In this document: piece after piece, positions 10,097 to 19,174 of the stretch | How the letters are laid out: every line of letters starts with the position of its first letter | How positions within the stretch are numbered: position 1 is the stretch's first letter | IMG/VR virus record: IMGVR_UViG_3300014501_000012 | Span: 20,832-84,831 of that record | Reading direction: 5' to 3' (one strand) | Length of the DNA stretch: 64,000 nucleotides | Origin: a virus | Position numbers and translations under genes: made by a program | The notes under the pieces: model-generated | Database searches by the model: none | What the model was told of the DNA's origin: nothing | Seen by the model: the letters and a program-made list of their open reading frames with translations, nothing else

Positions 10097-11047
10097 ATGC
10101 CCGATTTCGCGAACCCACCCCTCTGGGCGTCCCAGCCGGTACCCGGACAGGTCCCGGTCTACGCCCCTGATGCTCTCGTCCCGACGAGTCCCGGGGTCTA
10201 CGGCGACGGCTCGGACGGTGTCGTCACGTTCGACGGGACCACGACCATTCTCGGGCTCGTACCGTCGAGCGAGGTCTACACGTTGACCCGCGACCTCTAT
10301 CTGGCGGGATGCACGATCAACGCCGGGGTGACGATCATCACCGCGGGGTTCCGGATCCTCTGCAACGGCCCGGTGGTTCACAACGGCGCGATCGAGTGGA
10401 ACGGGAACGCCGGGGCGCTCGGCACGGGATCTGCTGGAACCGCGGGAGCGGCTCTCACCGCTGCGATCGTCGGCGGTGCGACCGCGGGTGGCGCGGGCTC
10501 AGCGACCAACGGTGCCAACGGCGCTGCGGGGCCCGCCAGTTCGTTCGGTGGCAACGGTGGGTCGGCCGGCATCGGCAGCGGTGGCACGGCCGGGGTCCAC
10601 GCCTCGGTGACTGCCATGACCGCGGCGCACGGCTCGATTCGCTCGCTCCCCAACGCCCTGCTTGCGGTCGGCCAGGCCGGGGGAACGATCTCCCAGGCGA
10701 CTGGCGGCGCTGGTGGCGGTGGAGGCGGCGGTGACGCCACGAACTTCGGAGGGGGCGGAGGTGGTGGCGGCGGTGTCGTCGTCCTGATCGCTCTGAGCAT
10801 CTCGGGGACCGGGACGATCTCGGCGAACGGGGGCAAGGGCGGAGGCGGCGCGACGGCCGGGAACTGTGGAGGCGGCGGTGGAGGAGGCGGCGGCCTCGTG
10901 GTCGTGGTCTCGGGAACCGTCTCGGGCGCGACCGTCGACGGGCTGACCGTCACCGCGACCGGTGGTGCCGGCGGGGCGCTCTCGGGCACGGGCTCGGCAG
11001 CCGGTTCGGCCGGGGCAGCCGGCACGGTTCTCCTCCTCGCCGCGTAA
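10097..11047 (+). CDS. Glycine-rich virion protein
   Basis: GAGGAGG SD; YGDGSDG motif and poly-Gly GGGGGG..V tracts. Confidence 0.7.
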   Translation: MPDFANPPLWASQPVPGQVPVYAPDALVPTSPGVYGDGSDGVVTFDGTTTILGLVPSSEVYTLTRDLYLAGCTINAGVTIITAGFRILCNGPVVHNGAIEWNGNAGALGTGSAGTAGAALTAAIVGGATAGGAGSATNGANGAAGPASSFGGNGGSAGIGSGGTAGVHASVTAMTAAHGSIRSLPNALLAVGQAGGTISQATGGAGGGGGGGDATNFGGGGGGGGGVVVLIALSISGTGTISANGGKGGGGATAGNCGGGGGGGGGLVVVVSGTVSGATVDGLTVTATGGAGGALSGTGSAAGSAGAAGTVLLLAA

Positions 11048-11087
11048 TCACCCGCCGAAGTTCGGCACCACATAGGATCGAGAACCA

Positions 11088-11726
11088 GTGGGACTCACCG
11101 ATTCGGTACTCGAGGACCTGTCCGCAGCCGTCACCCGGGACAGCCCGTTCTCGAATCCCGCCATGTGGATGGCCCTGTTCAACCAGGACCCGGGGCCCGG
11201 GGCGGGACTCGTGGGCGAGATCACGAACGGCACGGGGGTCGAGGCGCGCCAGCTCGTCACGTTCTCCGGATCCGACGGGACGGACTCGAGCACCGCGGCC
11301 GATACCTTCACCGTGCCGAGCGGGAGCACCGTGACCTGGATCGGGTTCTTCGACCTCCAAACGGGAGGGGCTTTCCTCGGGGGCTTTCCTCTTGTCGGCG
11401 CTCAGCAATTGGCGATCGGGATCTCGGGCGCGGCCACGATCTACGCGCCGGGCCACGGTCGGTCGATAGGAGATCCCGTCAGGTGCTTCACCGTGCCCGG
11501 CATCACCTCGTCGATCCCCGGCGGCCTGGCAGCCGACACCGTCTACTTCGTCCAGTCCGTCACCGCCAACACCCTCACGCTCTCGGCGACCGACGTCGGC
11601 GCGGCGATCGACCTGATCTCGTCCGGGGCGTTCAGCTTCGCCCTCGACGACAGCCAGACCTTCGCGCTCACGGGCAACTTGGTCTTCCCCGCCACCTCGG
11701 GCGTCGTGTACGAGACGGCGTCGTGA
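11088..11726 (+). CDS. Virion protein (tail-fibre/decoration-like fold with inserted small beta-barrel)
   Basis: MALF..DP..EI...ARQ.VTF and VTWIGFFD..TGG.FLG motifs interrupted by HG..IGD.V...GGLA..TVYFV..LS.T segment. Confidence 0.6.
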   Translation: MGLTDSVLEDLSAAVTRDSPFSNPAMWMALFNQDPGPGAGLVGEITNGTGVEARQLVTFSGSDGTDSSTAADTFTVPSGSTVTWIGFFDLQTGGAFLGGFPLVGAQQLAIGISGAATIYAPGHGRSIGDPVRCFTVPGITSSIPGGLAADTVYFVQSVTANTLTLSATDVGAAIDLISSGAFSFALDDSQTFALTGNLVFPATSGVVYETAS

Positions 11727-12595
11727 CGGTGGCCCTGCCGGCGACCGCCGGCCAAGCCCAGTCGGTCCACATCCTCAACCCCTGGTGCGAGGAGGACGAC
11801 CTCCCGGCCGGCCGGCTCCGCAACGTCACCGACGTCGACCGCCAGACGATGATCCTCGCCGCCACCGAGACCCTCTACCGCTTGAGCGGTCGCCAGTACC
11901 GGTCGGGCCGCTCGATCATCCGCCCGACCCCGATCGGCGGGGCCTACGGGAACCAGAGCTACCTCTACCCCTACTCGTCGATGTCGGGTTACGGCGCGGC
12001 GTGGGGATTCGCCGCTGGGTGGGCGTGGTCGGCGGTGGGCATGGGGTGGTGGCAGAACGGACAGGACCTCTCCGAGGTCGTCCTGCAGGGTCCGGTCCAG
12101 CGGATCAACGACGTGATGGTGAACGGGACGAGCCTCGGCCCCTGGCCACCGGCCAACTCGAACTACACGCTTTATGACGGACGGCGGCTGATTCGCAACA
12201 CCGACGGGGCCGGTCAGAACGTCGGCGCGTGGCCGTGGAACCAGCAGCTACAACTCCCGCTCACCGAGCCCGGAACCTGGGGGATCGACTACGACTGGGG
12301 CCAGTCGCCCGGCGCGATGGGCAAGGCCGCGTGCATCGCGTTGGCGACCGAGTTCATCCTCGCGCTGACCGGGACCTCGAACGTCCTCCCCCAGCGCGTG
12401 GTCTCGGTCGCGTCGCAGGGCGAGACGATCCTGGTCGGTGATCCGCTCGCGTACATACGGGAGGATCTGACGGGCGTCCCGATGGTCGACATTTTTCTCA
12501 ACAGTGTGAACCCCTTTAAATTGCGGCGCAGGGCAGCTTTTCTCAGTCCCAATTCTGTGCAAGGGCGCGAGCAGACCGGGTTCCCCACGCCGTGA
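11723..12595 (+). CDS. Head-to-tail adaptor
   Basis: GTGA overlap; AATETLYRLSGRQY, LPQRVVSV.SQG and LTG...VD.FL..VNP motifs. Confidence 0.75.
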   Translation: MTVALPATAGQAQSVHILNPWCEEDDLPAGRLRNVTDVDRQTMILAATETLYRLSGRQYRSGRSIIRPTPIGGAYGNQSYLYPYSSMSGYGAAWGFAAGWAWSAVGMGWWQNGQDLSEVVLQGPVQRINDVMVNGTSLGPWPPANSNYTLYDGRRLIRNTDGAGQNVGAWPWNQQLQLPLTEPGTWGIDYDWGQSPGAMGKAACIALATEFILALTGTSNVLPQRVVSVASQGETILVGDPLAYIREDLTGVPMVDIFLNSVNPFKLRRRAAFLSPNSVQGREQTGFPTP

Positions 12596-12942
12596 GCGAA
12601 CCCATCACCAAGGGCCGGCGACTCCAGCCGATCGTGGAGGTCGACGGGAAGCGGCACCTTCCCGAGCTCGAGCACCCGGGCGACTACTGCGGCCCCATCA
12701 CGGGCTACAACGGCCCGGGGCAAGAGGCCTGCTTCTTCCTCAAGCCGAACGCCCGCGACGCCGACGCCCCGGCCCGGGCACGCTCAGTGCAGCACGTCCT
12801 ATTCCCACCGCACACCTACCGGGAGTGCCCTGACGGAAGCCTCGAGATCCGCAACAGCATCGGCGACACAGCCGGCGACGACAAGACGAGCGACGGCTGG
12901 CACGGCTACCTCGACGAGGGTCACGTCTGGCGGCAGGTGTGA
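12592..12942 (+). CDS. DUF6527-like small protein (copy 1)
   Basis: DGSLEIRNSI...WHGYLDEG.W motif. Confidence 0.5.
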   Translation: MSEPITKGRRLQPIVEVDGKRHLPELEHPGDYCGPITGYNGPGQEACFFLKPNARDADAPARARSVQHVLFPPHTYRECPDGSLEIRNSIGDTAGDDKTSDGWHGYLDEGHVWRQV

Positions 12943-13286
12943 GCACCCAGCTACTCGTCGTAGAGCCGTTCCCCCCCAAACCCCGGGAACCCGGGATGAT
13001 GTGGCGATACCCGCCGGGCGACATCGACGGGCGCGAGTGCTGGTGGATCGAACTGCCCCCCGACTCACGCATCGGGACGCCGGGGCATCCGGGGAACCTC
13101 TCGTGGCGAACGACCGACCGGGCCTCGGAGCCCCCGCACGAGATGTGGGACGTATCAGGCACTCCGCCGCTCTTGACGGTCACGCCCTCGATCGACGTGG
13201 AGTGCTGGGTGATCCGCGGCGGCAAGACCGTCCGTGACGGGTCGTACTGGCACGGACACATCACCAATGGAGTGTTCACGCCGTGA
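12939..13286 (+). CDS. DUF6527-like small protein (copy 2)
   Basis: LTVTPSI...YWHGHITNG motif. Confidence 0.55.
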   Translation: MSTQLLVVEPFPPKPREPGMMWRYPPGDIDGRECWWIELPPDSRIGTPGHPGNLSWRTTDRASEPPHEMWDVSGTPPLLTVTPSIDVECWVIRGGKTVRDGSYWHGHITNGVFTP

Positions 13287-13531
13287 CGTGGGACGACACC
13301 GCCCGCCACCCCGATCCGCCGTACTGGTATCGGGCCGTTTACCGACGCCTGACCGGGTGGAACTGGACGAACCTCGTCACCCAGGTTGACGGGGACCAGC
13401 GCACCTGGCTGAATCCGGCGCAGCAGCCGATCCGAACGCTGCTTGCTGACTGGGCGCGCAACCGCATTTTCCGACGCTACCTGCGGCACTTGGGGCGCAC
13501 GGTGAGTCAGATCATCGGTCAAAAGGGATGA
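13283..13531 (+). CDS. Hypothetical protein
   Basis: GTGA overlap with previous gene. Confidence 0.5.
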   Translation: MTWDDTARHPDPPYWYRAVYRRLTGWNWTNLVTQVDGDQRTWLNPAQQPIRTLLADWARNRIFRRYLRHLGRTVSQIIGQKG

Positions 13532-13535
13532 CTCC

Positions 13536-14117
13536 ATGACCGACCTCACCGGCACGATCACGTTCCCACCGGGCCAGTGGATCCCGAACGTCGACCAGGT
13601 CACCTCGAGCGCGGCGACGCTGCTGGCGATCGCCGGGAAGGTTCTCGACTCCTACGGCCTGGGGGATCCCTACGAGCGGCGTGTGTTCCTCCACGGGGCG
13701 GAGAGCCGGTGGAACGTCACCGACCCACCCCAGTCCCAGTTGATCGTCCGCCTGGAGAAGATGCACTTCGGGAAGGCCGGCCAGGAGCAGTACCAGTTCG
13801 AGGACGGGATGATGGGGAAGTACGCCCAGCGCGTGATCGTCTACCAGGTCGAGGTCGTCAATCCCTGGCCGCAGTTCCAGGGGAACATTGCCGTGGCTCC
13901 CCCCGACGGGGACGCCCTCGAGTTCGCCGCCCAGGGGCTCTGGCGCGACGGGCTGATCGTCTGGTCGGCACTCGCCGCGACCTCACTCGGCGGGGTCAAG
14001 GTCAACCCCCCGGTCGGACCGATCGCCCAGGACAAGATCCTCGTCGGGCCGATGACGCCGGTCGGTCCGTCAGGCCCGCTCGCCGGGCTCTCCACCGAGG
14101 TCCGGGTCGCCTTTTGA
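13536..14117 (+). CDS. Putative tail terminator/neck protein
   Basis: Synteny; C-terminal P.GP.G..AG motif. Confidence 0.55.
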   Translation: MTDLTGTITFPPGQWIPNVDQVTSSAATLLAIAGKVLDSYGLGDPYERRVFLHGAESRWNVTDPPQSQLIVRLEKMHFGKAGQEQYQFEDGMMGKYAQRVIVYQVEVVNPWPQFQGNIAVAPPDGDALEFAAQGLWRDGLIVWSALAATSLGGVKVNPPVGPIAQDKILVGPMTPVGPSGPLAGLSTEVRVAF

Positions 14118-14594
14118 GGTCGGGGCGAGAGCGCCTTCCCGGCGCGCTCTGGCCACCCACTTATCCGCGCCCGACCGGCTGATCTTCCACCGCTCCGCGA
14201 TCGCTACCACCGGGGCCCGTCCCTCTTCGACCGCCTGGCGGTAGCACCCGGCCACCCGCTGCCAGTGGTGGGGCCCGTACGTCCGGGGCCTCCCTCGTCT
14301 GCCTGTTCCGGCCAGATCGACCCCAGATCTCTCCTGGGCCAGGTAGCGGTCCACCAGGTCCCCGATGGTGACGCTCCCGACGTCTGAGGCCCGGAGCGCC
14401 GTAGGGGGCCAAGGAGCGGCCTCTCCGAGGACATCTGCGGCGGGCCCCGGATCGGTCCGAGCCTGGAACGGGGGCTCGGTGAAGATCTCGAGCCCGACGA
14501 TGGCGGAGACGCCTGCCCGCCCGGCCACGTGGACGCCCACCCAGAGCGGCCCGTCGTCGGGATCGGGCCACCGGGTCCAGAATGAATCTCGCAT
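14070..14594 (-). CDS. DUF6214-like DNA-binding protein, antisense within tail operon
   Basis: RRGRPR...RVA..YR.A....PV.AIA....SRS.A.KWV.RAR..G motif; TAGGGT -10 located 7 nt upstream of ATG. Confidence 0.7.
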   Translation of the reverse strand: MRDSFWTRWPDPDDGPLWVGVHVAGRAGVSAIVGLEIFTEPPFQARTDPGPAADVLGEAAPWPPTALRASDVGSVTIGDLVDRYLAQERSGVDLAGTGRRGRPRTYGPHHWQRVAGCYRQAVEEGRAPVVAIAERWKISRSGADKWVARARREGALAPTSKGDPDLGGEPGERA

Positions 14595-14870
14595 CGGGTC
14601 TACCCTACGCCCAATATAGGGGAGGACCCCGGAGCCCGTTTCGGGAAGTCCGGGGGTCCATGCTGGTCCGGTGAGTCCTCCAGCTTCGGGAAGCGTCCGG
14701 GTTTTCGCCCAGTGCGGCGTCGGCCCGCTGCGTCCCCTCCGGTGGGGGGACATCCCATCGAACCACCCACAGCTCGAGGGCTGGCTCGTCGGGGGGCTCG
14801 TGACGCTCAAGGGGCTGCGCGGAGAGGGACCGCCCGACCACCTTCGGGCCGGCTGCTGCGGGAGCAACCG

Positions 14871-15347
14871 GTGAGCGACAGCTCGCCGATCACGATCGAC
14901 CACGTCGACGTCAAGGTCCTCCCGGGCGACCTGGTCGCGTCGGCCGCCGCCGTCGGTCCGCTCTGGCGGGAGTTCGGGTACAAGATCCTCGCCGCGTCGA
15001 AGGCCGACAGCCCGGTCGGTCCCGGACGCAACCGGACGGGTGGTGGAGGATCTGGCCAGAGTCTCCGGGGCTCGCTCAACGTCCGCTTCGAGTTCGGCGA
15101 CGACCCGCGCATCGGGATCTACTCGGCCAAGACCGTCGGGGATAAGAATTACTCGCTCCTCGACATCGTGGTCTCGGGGACGCCCCCGCACCCGATCGAC
15201 CCGGTCACGGCCAAGGTCCTCCGGTTCAAGTCCAAGGGCACGGTGGTGTTCGCCGGGCACGTCAACCATCCGGGGACCAAGGCCAACCCCTTCGTCCAGA
15301 AAGCCATGGTCGCAATCACGAACGAAGCCGGCGGCATCACCGCCTGA
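14871..15347 (+). CDS. Tail completion protein (HK97 gp10-like)
   Basis: GT.PH.I.P..AKVLRF...VF...VNHPGTKANPF motif. Confidence 0.75.
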   Translation: MSDSSPITIDHVDVKVLPGDLVASAAAVGPLWREFGYKILAASKADSPVGPGRNRTGGGGSGQSLRGSLNVRFEFGDDPRIGIYSAKTVGDKNYSLLDIVVSGTPPHPIDPVTAKVLRFKSKGTVVFAGHVNHPGTKANPFVQKAMVAITNEAGGITA

Positions 15348-15360
15348 CGAGAGGAGAGCA

Positions 15361-15729
15361 ATGAGCCCAGTGAAGGTGTTCGAGGTCGCGGCGAAGAACG
15401 CCGAGGTCGAACAGGGGGAAGTCGAGGACTCGGGCGAGCAGTTCCGGATCGAGTGGAAGCACCCGACGGACGCGACGGTCTCGGGGCATGAGGATTTCGT
15501 CTGCTACCCCAACCGCGTGACGTCGTTCGCCGTCCTCCAACTCGCGGGGACCGACCTCGGGGCGATCTTCAAGATCTTCCGCCAGGCGATGGAGCCCGTG
15601 GATTACGCGCGGTTCGAGGCCTGCTGCGAGGACAAGACCCACGAGGTCGAGATGGACAAGCTCATCGAGATCGTGGCGTGGATCGCGGAGGTCACCACGG
15701 GCGTCCCTGGGAAGGGGTCCAGCTCCTAA
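15361..15729 (+). CDS. Tail assembly chaperone
   Basis: AGGAG SD; position two ORFs before tape measure. Confidence 0.7.
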   Translation: MSPVKVFEVAAKNAEVEQGEVEDSGEQFRIEWKHPTDATVSGHEDFVCYPNRVTSFAVLQLAGTDLGAIFKIFRQAMEPVDYARFEACCEDKTHEVEMDKLIEIVAWIAEVTTGVPGKGSSS

Positions 15730-16079
15730 CGAGTTGGGCCCAAACGAACTGGGCGTGGATCGATTCGCTGCTCTTGGAGAAGGGGCTCAACCCGTTCGAG
15801 GTCCCCTGGCCGAGGCTGGCGAACTTCATCTTCACCCAGTGGGTCGGGAGTATCTGGGACGACGAGGAGCGAGCGGACGTGATCAAGTCACTCAGTTGGC
15901 CGGAGGACGAGATGCAGGGAGCGCAGGGGCAGGACCGGTCGGTCCGGGCCGGCGCGCAGGCGCTCGGGCTGAACCCCGACCAGATGGTGGCCAACGCGTG
16001 GGAGCAGCGCCAGCTCGCGCTCCAGCGCAAGGCGGCGACTGAGGGCATGGCGGCGCGGGCCGAGGAGCCGACCGGGTGA
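15709..16079 (+). CDS. Tail assembly chaperone extension (probable -1 frameshift product)
   Basis: -1 frame ORF overlapping the chaperone end at GGGAAGGGG; no good own start. Confidence 0.55.
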
Positions 16080-19000
16080 CGATCGTCGGCGAGGGGATCA
16101 TCTGGCTCAGGCCGTCGACGGCGGGCTTCGCCGAGGAGGCCGAGGGCAAGCTCAAGTCCTCGCTCGCGTTCTTGGGCGGCGGGAGTTCGGTCGTGGGCGG
16201 GATCGTGGCCGGGACCCTCGCGGCCGGCGCGGCCGTCACCATCGTCACGGCGAAGATGGCGATGGACTTCCAGAGCGCCGAGGCCAAGCTCTCGGGAACC
16301 GCGGACATCTCAGCGAAGGCCGCGGCCAAGATCGGGACGGCCTTCCTCAACACGATGGGGTCCTCGGCGTTCTCCGGCGAGACCCTTCTCAAGGCGTACA
16401 CCCCGGTCTCGGCCCAACTCGCCCGGGTCGAAGGCCGGACCCTCTCGGCCACGCAGGCGACCCGGTTCATGGCGGTCGCGTCGGATCTGGCGAAGGCCTC
16501 GGGTAAGGATCTCAACACCTCGACCTCGACCCTCGCCCAGACCTTGTTCACGTTCGGCATACGGACGAAGGACGCCGCGGGCGCGGCGAACCTCCTCTTC
16601 AACGCCGCCCGGATCACGAACACCCCGATCGACTCCCTCTCGAACATCATCGACAAGCTCCACGCGAAACTCGGGACCCTCGCGCCGACCTTGAAGGACA
16701 CGGCCTCGATCATCGCCCTCCCCTCGGTCGCCGCGCTCGGGAGCCGCGGGGCGATGCAGGTCAGTTCCGCCCTCGAGCACCTCCTGACCCAGGCGTCGGC
16801 GACCTCGTCGGGGATCACGAAGGCCGTGACCGCGGCCCAGGCGAAACTCACGACGGCGAGCGCCGACGTCGCCAAGGCCCAGCTCAAACAGCAGCAGGCC
16901 CAGGAGGAGGTCACCGCGTCGGGGACGAACACCCTCGCCCAGCAGATCAAAATGTCAAACGCCCAGGACGCGGTCACCGCGGCGGTCGGGAAGCAGACCC
17001 TCGCGCAGCAGGCCCTCACCGCGGCGCAAGGGGACAACGTCGCGGGATCGACCCAGGCCAAGGCGCTCCTCGACCAACTCGGCCTGTCGTCCCTCTACGT
17101 CCACGGGAAGTTCGTCGGGCTCCGCGAGGTCATCGCGACCTTGGGCCCACGGCTCGCGGCGATGACCGAGCAGAATCGGAACCTCGCCCTGCAAACCCTC
17201 TTTGGGACCGGCGCCGCTCAGGTCATGGGGCACGTGCTCGCGGGTGGCGTGACCGCTTTCGACAAGTCCACGGCGGCGGTGTCCCGACACAACGCGCTCG
17301 CCCACGCGGCGGCGGCGATCGCCAAGACCCTCTTCGGACAGCTCGACGTGCTCCGGGCGTCCGTCGAGGACGTCGCGGTCAAGCTCGGACAGATGCTCCT
17401 CCCGTACATCCAGAAGTTCGTCCACCTTCTGACCGAGGGCTTCGGGTGGGCGTTGAAACACAAGGAGGTGATGATCGCTCTGGCCGGGGTTCTTGCCGGC
17501 ATCGTTGTCGGCTCACTCATGGCCGTCGCAGCGGCGTTGCTCGCGGTCGACGTCGCCGGGCTTCCGATCTGGTTGATCGCCGCCGCGATCGCCGCGCTGG
17601 CCGTGGGCGTGTTCGAGGCCTACAAGCACATCCCGGCTTTCCGGGACGAGGTCCACAAGCTCGGCGACGACATCAAACGGATCAACTGGAAGGACGTCGA
17701 ACGGGACGTGAAGTCCTTCGCCAAGGTCGTGGGCAAGGATCTGACCGAGGCCTTCCGCGACGCCTCGGCGTGGCTGAAAGAGGGGATGAAGATCTTCGAC
17801 GCGCTCCCGGGTCCGCTCAAGGACATCGTCTCGCCGATCCTCGGGATCGTCGTCGCCGTGAAATTCGTTGCCCAGCACTGGAAGGCGGCCTTCACCGATA
17901 TTGACCACGCGACACGGGACTTCGTCGGCGGTCTCGAGGCCGCGTGGCGGGACTTCCTCGACCCGATCGTCCAATGGGTCGTGGATTTTTGGCACTCGCT
18001 CGTGAACTTCTGGCACACCTACGGCGGGGAGATCACCCGGATCACCCGCGGGCTGTTCGGCCTGATCGAATCCGTCGTCCGGACCTTCATCCACGTGACG
18101 ACCGACATCTCGAAGGCCCTGTTCGACCTGCTCATCCCGATCTTCCGCGCCGGGTGGGCACTCGTCAAGGGCGTCTTCCAGGCGGCCTGGGACTTGATCG
18201 TGGGCGTGGTCAAGGTCGCGTGGCGGACGGTCGAGGGCGTCATGGAGGTGGCGAAGGACGTCGTGCTCGGGATCTTCGAGATCTTCGTCTCGCTCCTGAC
18301 CGGGCACTGGTCGAAGGCCTGGAAGGCGCTCGTCCATATGGTGGTCTCGGTCAAGAGCGACATCGTCAACGCAGCCAAGGGCGTCCTCGAGGCCGTGCTC
18401 AACGCCGTCGGCCGGGCCGCCCTCGATCTCTACAAGGGGGCGTTCGCTGCGGGGAAGGATCTGGTGATGGGATTGTGGAAGGGGATCAAGGAGGCCGCGC
18501 ATCTGGCGACCGACGCCGTGAAGTCCGTCGGCCACGGGATCCTCTCGGCGGCCAAGTCCGTGCTCGGGATCTTCTCGCCCTCGATCCACTTTCAGGAGTA
18601 CGGGAAGGGAACCATGCAGGGCCTGGCCAAGGGGATCCGGGACAACGCGAACCTCCCCCAGGCCGAGCTCAACAAGCTCAACCTCCACATCGCACCGAAG
18701 GACAAGCAGAAGGCGGTCGACTGGTTCAAGGACGTCGCCAAACTCGCCAAGCAGAACCACGAAAGCGCCGGATCAGCGGCCGGTCAGCTCGCCCACCTCT
18801 TCGGCGCCGGCCCGTCGGGGTCTGACGCGGCGAAGAAGGCTGCGACCCAGCTCAAGCAACTCACCGAGGCGATCACACTCCGCAAGTACCTCCAAGCGAT
18901 GGCCCACCAGAACCACCAGGATGTGACGGCCGGGAACAAGACAAGCCGCGACGGGTCGAGCCAGGTCGGCAAGCACGTCGACATGGCATCACTCCACGCG

Positions 19001-19174
19001 ATGACCAACCACCGTCAACTCCTCGACGAGCAGAAAACTCAGACGGCGATCCTCCGCCAGTTGAAGATCGACGGGGAGAAGCCGAAGAAGATCACGATCA
19101 AGGGGATGCCCGGAACGACCACGGGGGCCGGTAGCAACGCGGTCGGGGCGATCGCTTCGGGGACGATCCGATGA
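16076..19174 (+). CDS. Tape measure protein
   Basis: 1032 aa, Ala-rich helical, Trp-periodic repeats, LGIFSPS motif. Confidence 0.9.
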   Translation: MTIVGEGIIWLRPSTAGFAEEAEGKLKSSLAFLGGGSSVVGGIVAGTLAAGAAVTIVTAKMAMDFQSAEAKLSGTADISAKAAAKIGTAFLNTMGSSAFSGETLLKAYTPVSAQLARVEGRTLSATQATRFMAVASDLAKASGKDLNTSTSTLAQTLFTFGIRTKDAAGAANLLFNAARITNTPIDSLSNIIDKLHAKLGTLAPTLKDTASIIALPSVAALGSRGAMQVSSALEHLLTQASATSSGITKAVTAAQAKLTTASADVAKAQLKQQQAQEEVTASGTNTLAQQIKMSNAQDAVTAAVGKQTLAQQALTAAQGDNVAGSTQAKALLDQLGLSSLYVHGKFVGLREVIATLGPRLAAMTEQNRNLALQTLFGTGAAQVMGHVLAGGVTAFDKSTAAVSRHNALAHAAAAIAKTLFGQLDVLRASVEDVAVKLGQMLLPYIQKFVHLLTEGFGWALKHKEVMIALAGVLAGIVVGSLMAVAAALLAVDVAGLPIWLIAAAIAALAVGVFEAYKHIPAFRDEVHKLGDDIKRINWKDVERDVKSFAKVVGKDLTEAFRDASAWLKEGMKIFDALPGPLKDIVSPILGIVVAVKFVAQHWKAAFTDIDHATRDFVGGLEAAWRDFLDPIVQWVVDFWHSLVNFWHTYGGEITRITRGLFGLIESVVRTFIHVTTDISKALFDLLIPIFRAGWALVKGVFQAAWDLIVGVVKVAWRTVEGVMEVAKDVVLGIFEIFVSLLTGHWSKAWKALVHMVVSVKSDIVNAAKGVLEAVLNAVGRAALDLYKGAFAAGKDLVMGLWKGIKEAAHLATDAVKSVGHGILSAAKSVLGIFSPSIHFQEYGKGTMQGLAKGIRDNANLPQAELNKLNLHIAPKDKQKAVDWFKDVAKLAKQNHESAGSAAGQLAHLFGAGPSGSDAAKKAATQLKQLTEAITLRKYLQAMAHQNHQDVTAGNKTSRDGSSQVGKHVDMASLHAMTNHRQLLDEQKTQTAILRQLKIDGEKPKKITIKGMPGTTTGAGSNAVGAIASGTIR

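Noticed and set aside
7563-10118. 851-aa minus-strand ORF and other long antisense ORFs (6132-7466, 32920-34524, 56728-58104)
   Set aside because: Shadow ORFs of high-GC coding genes; Arg/Gly-rich with no recognisable motifs.
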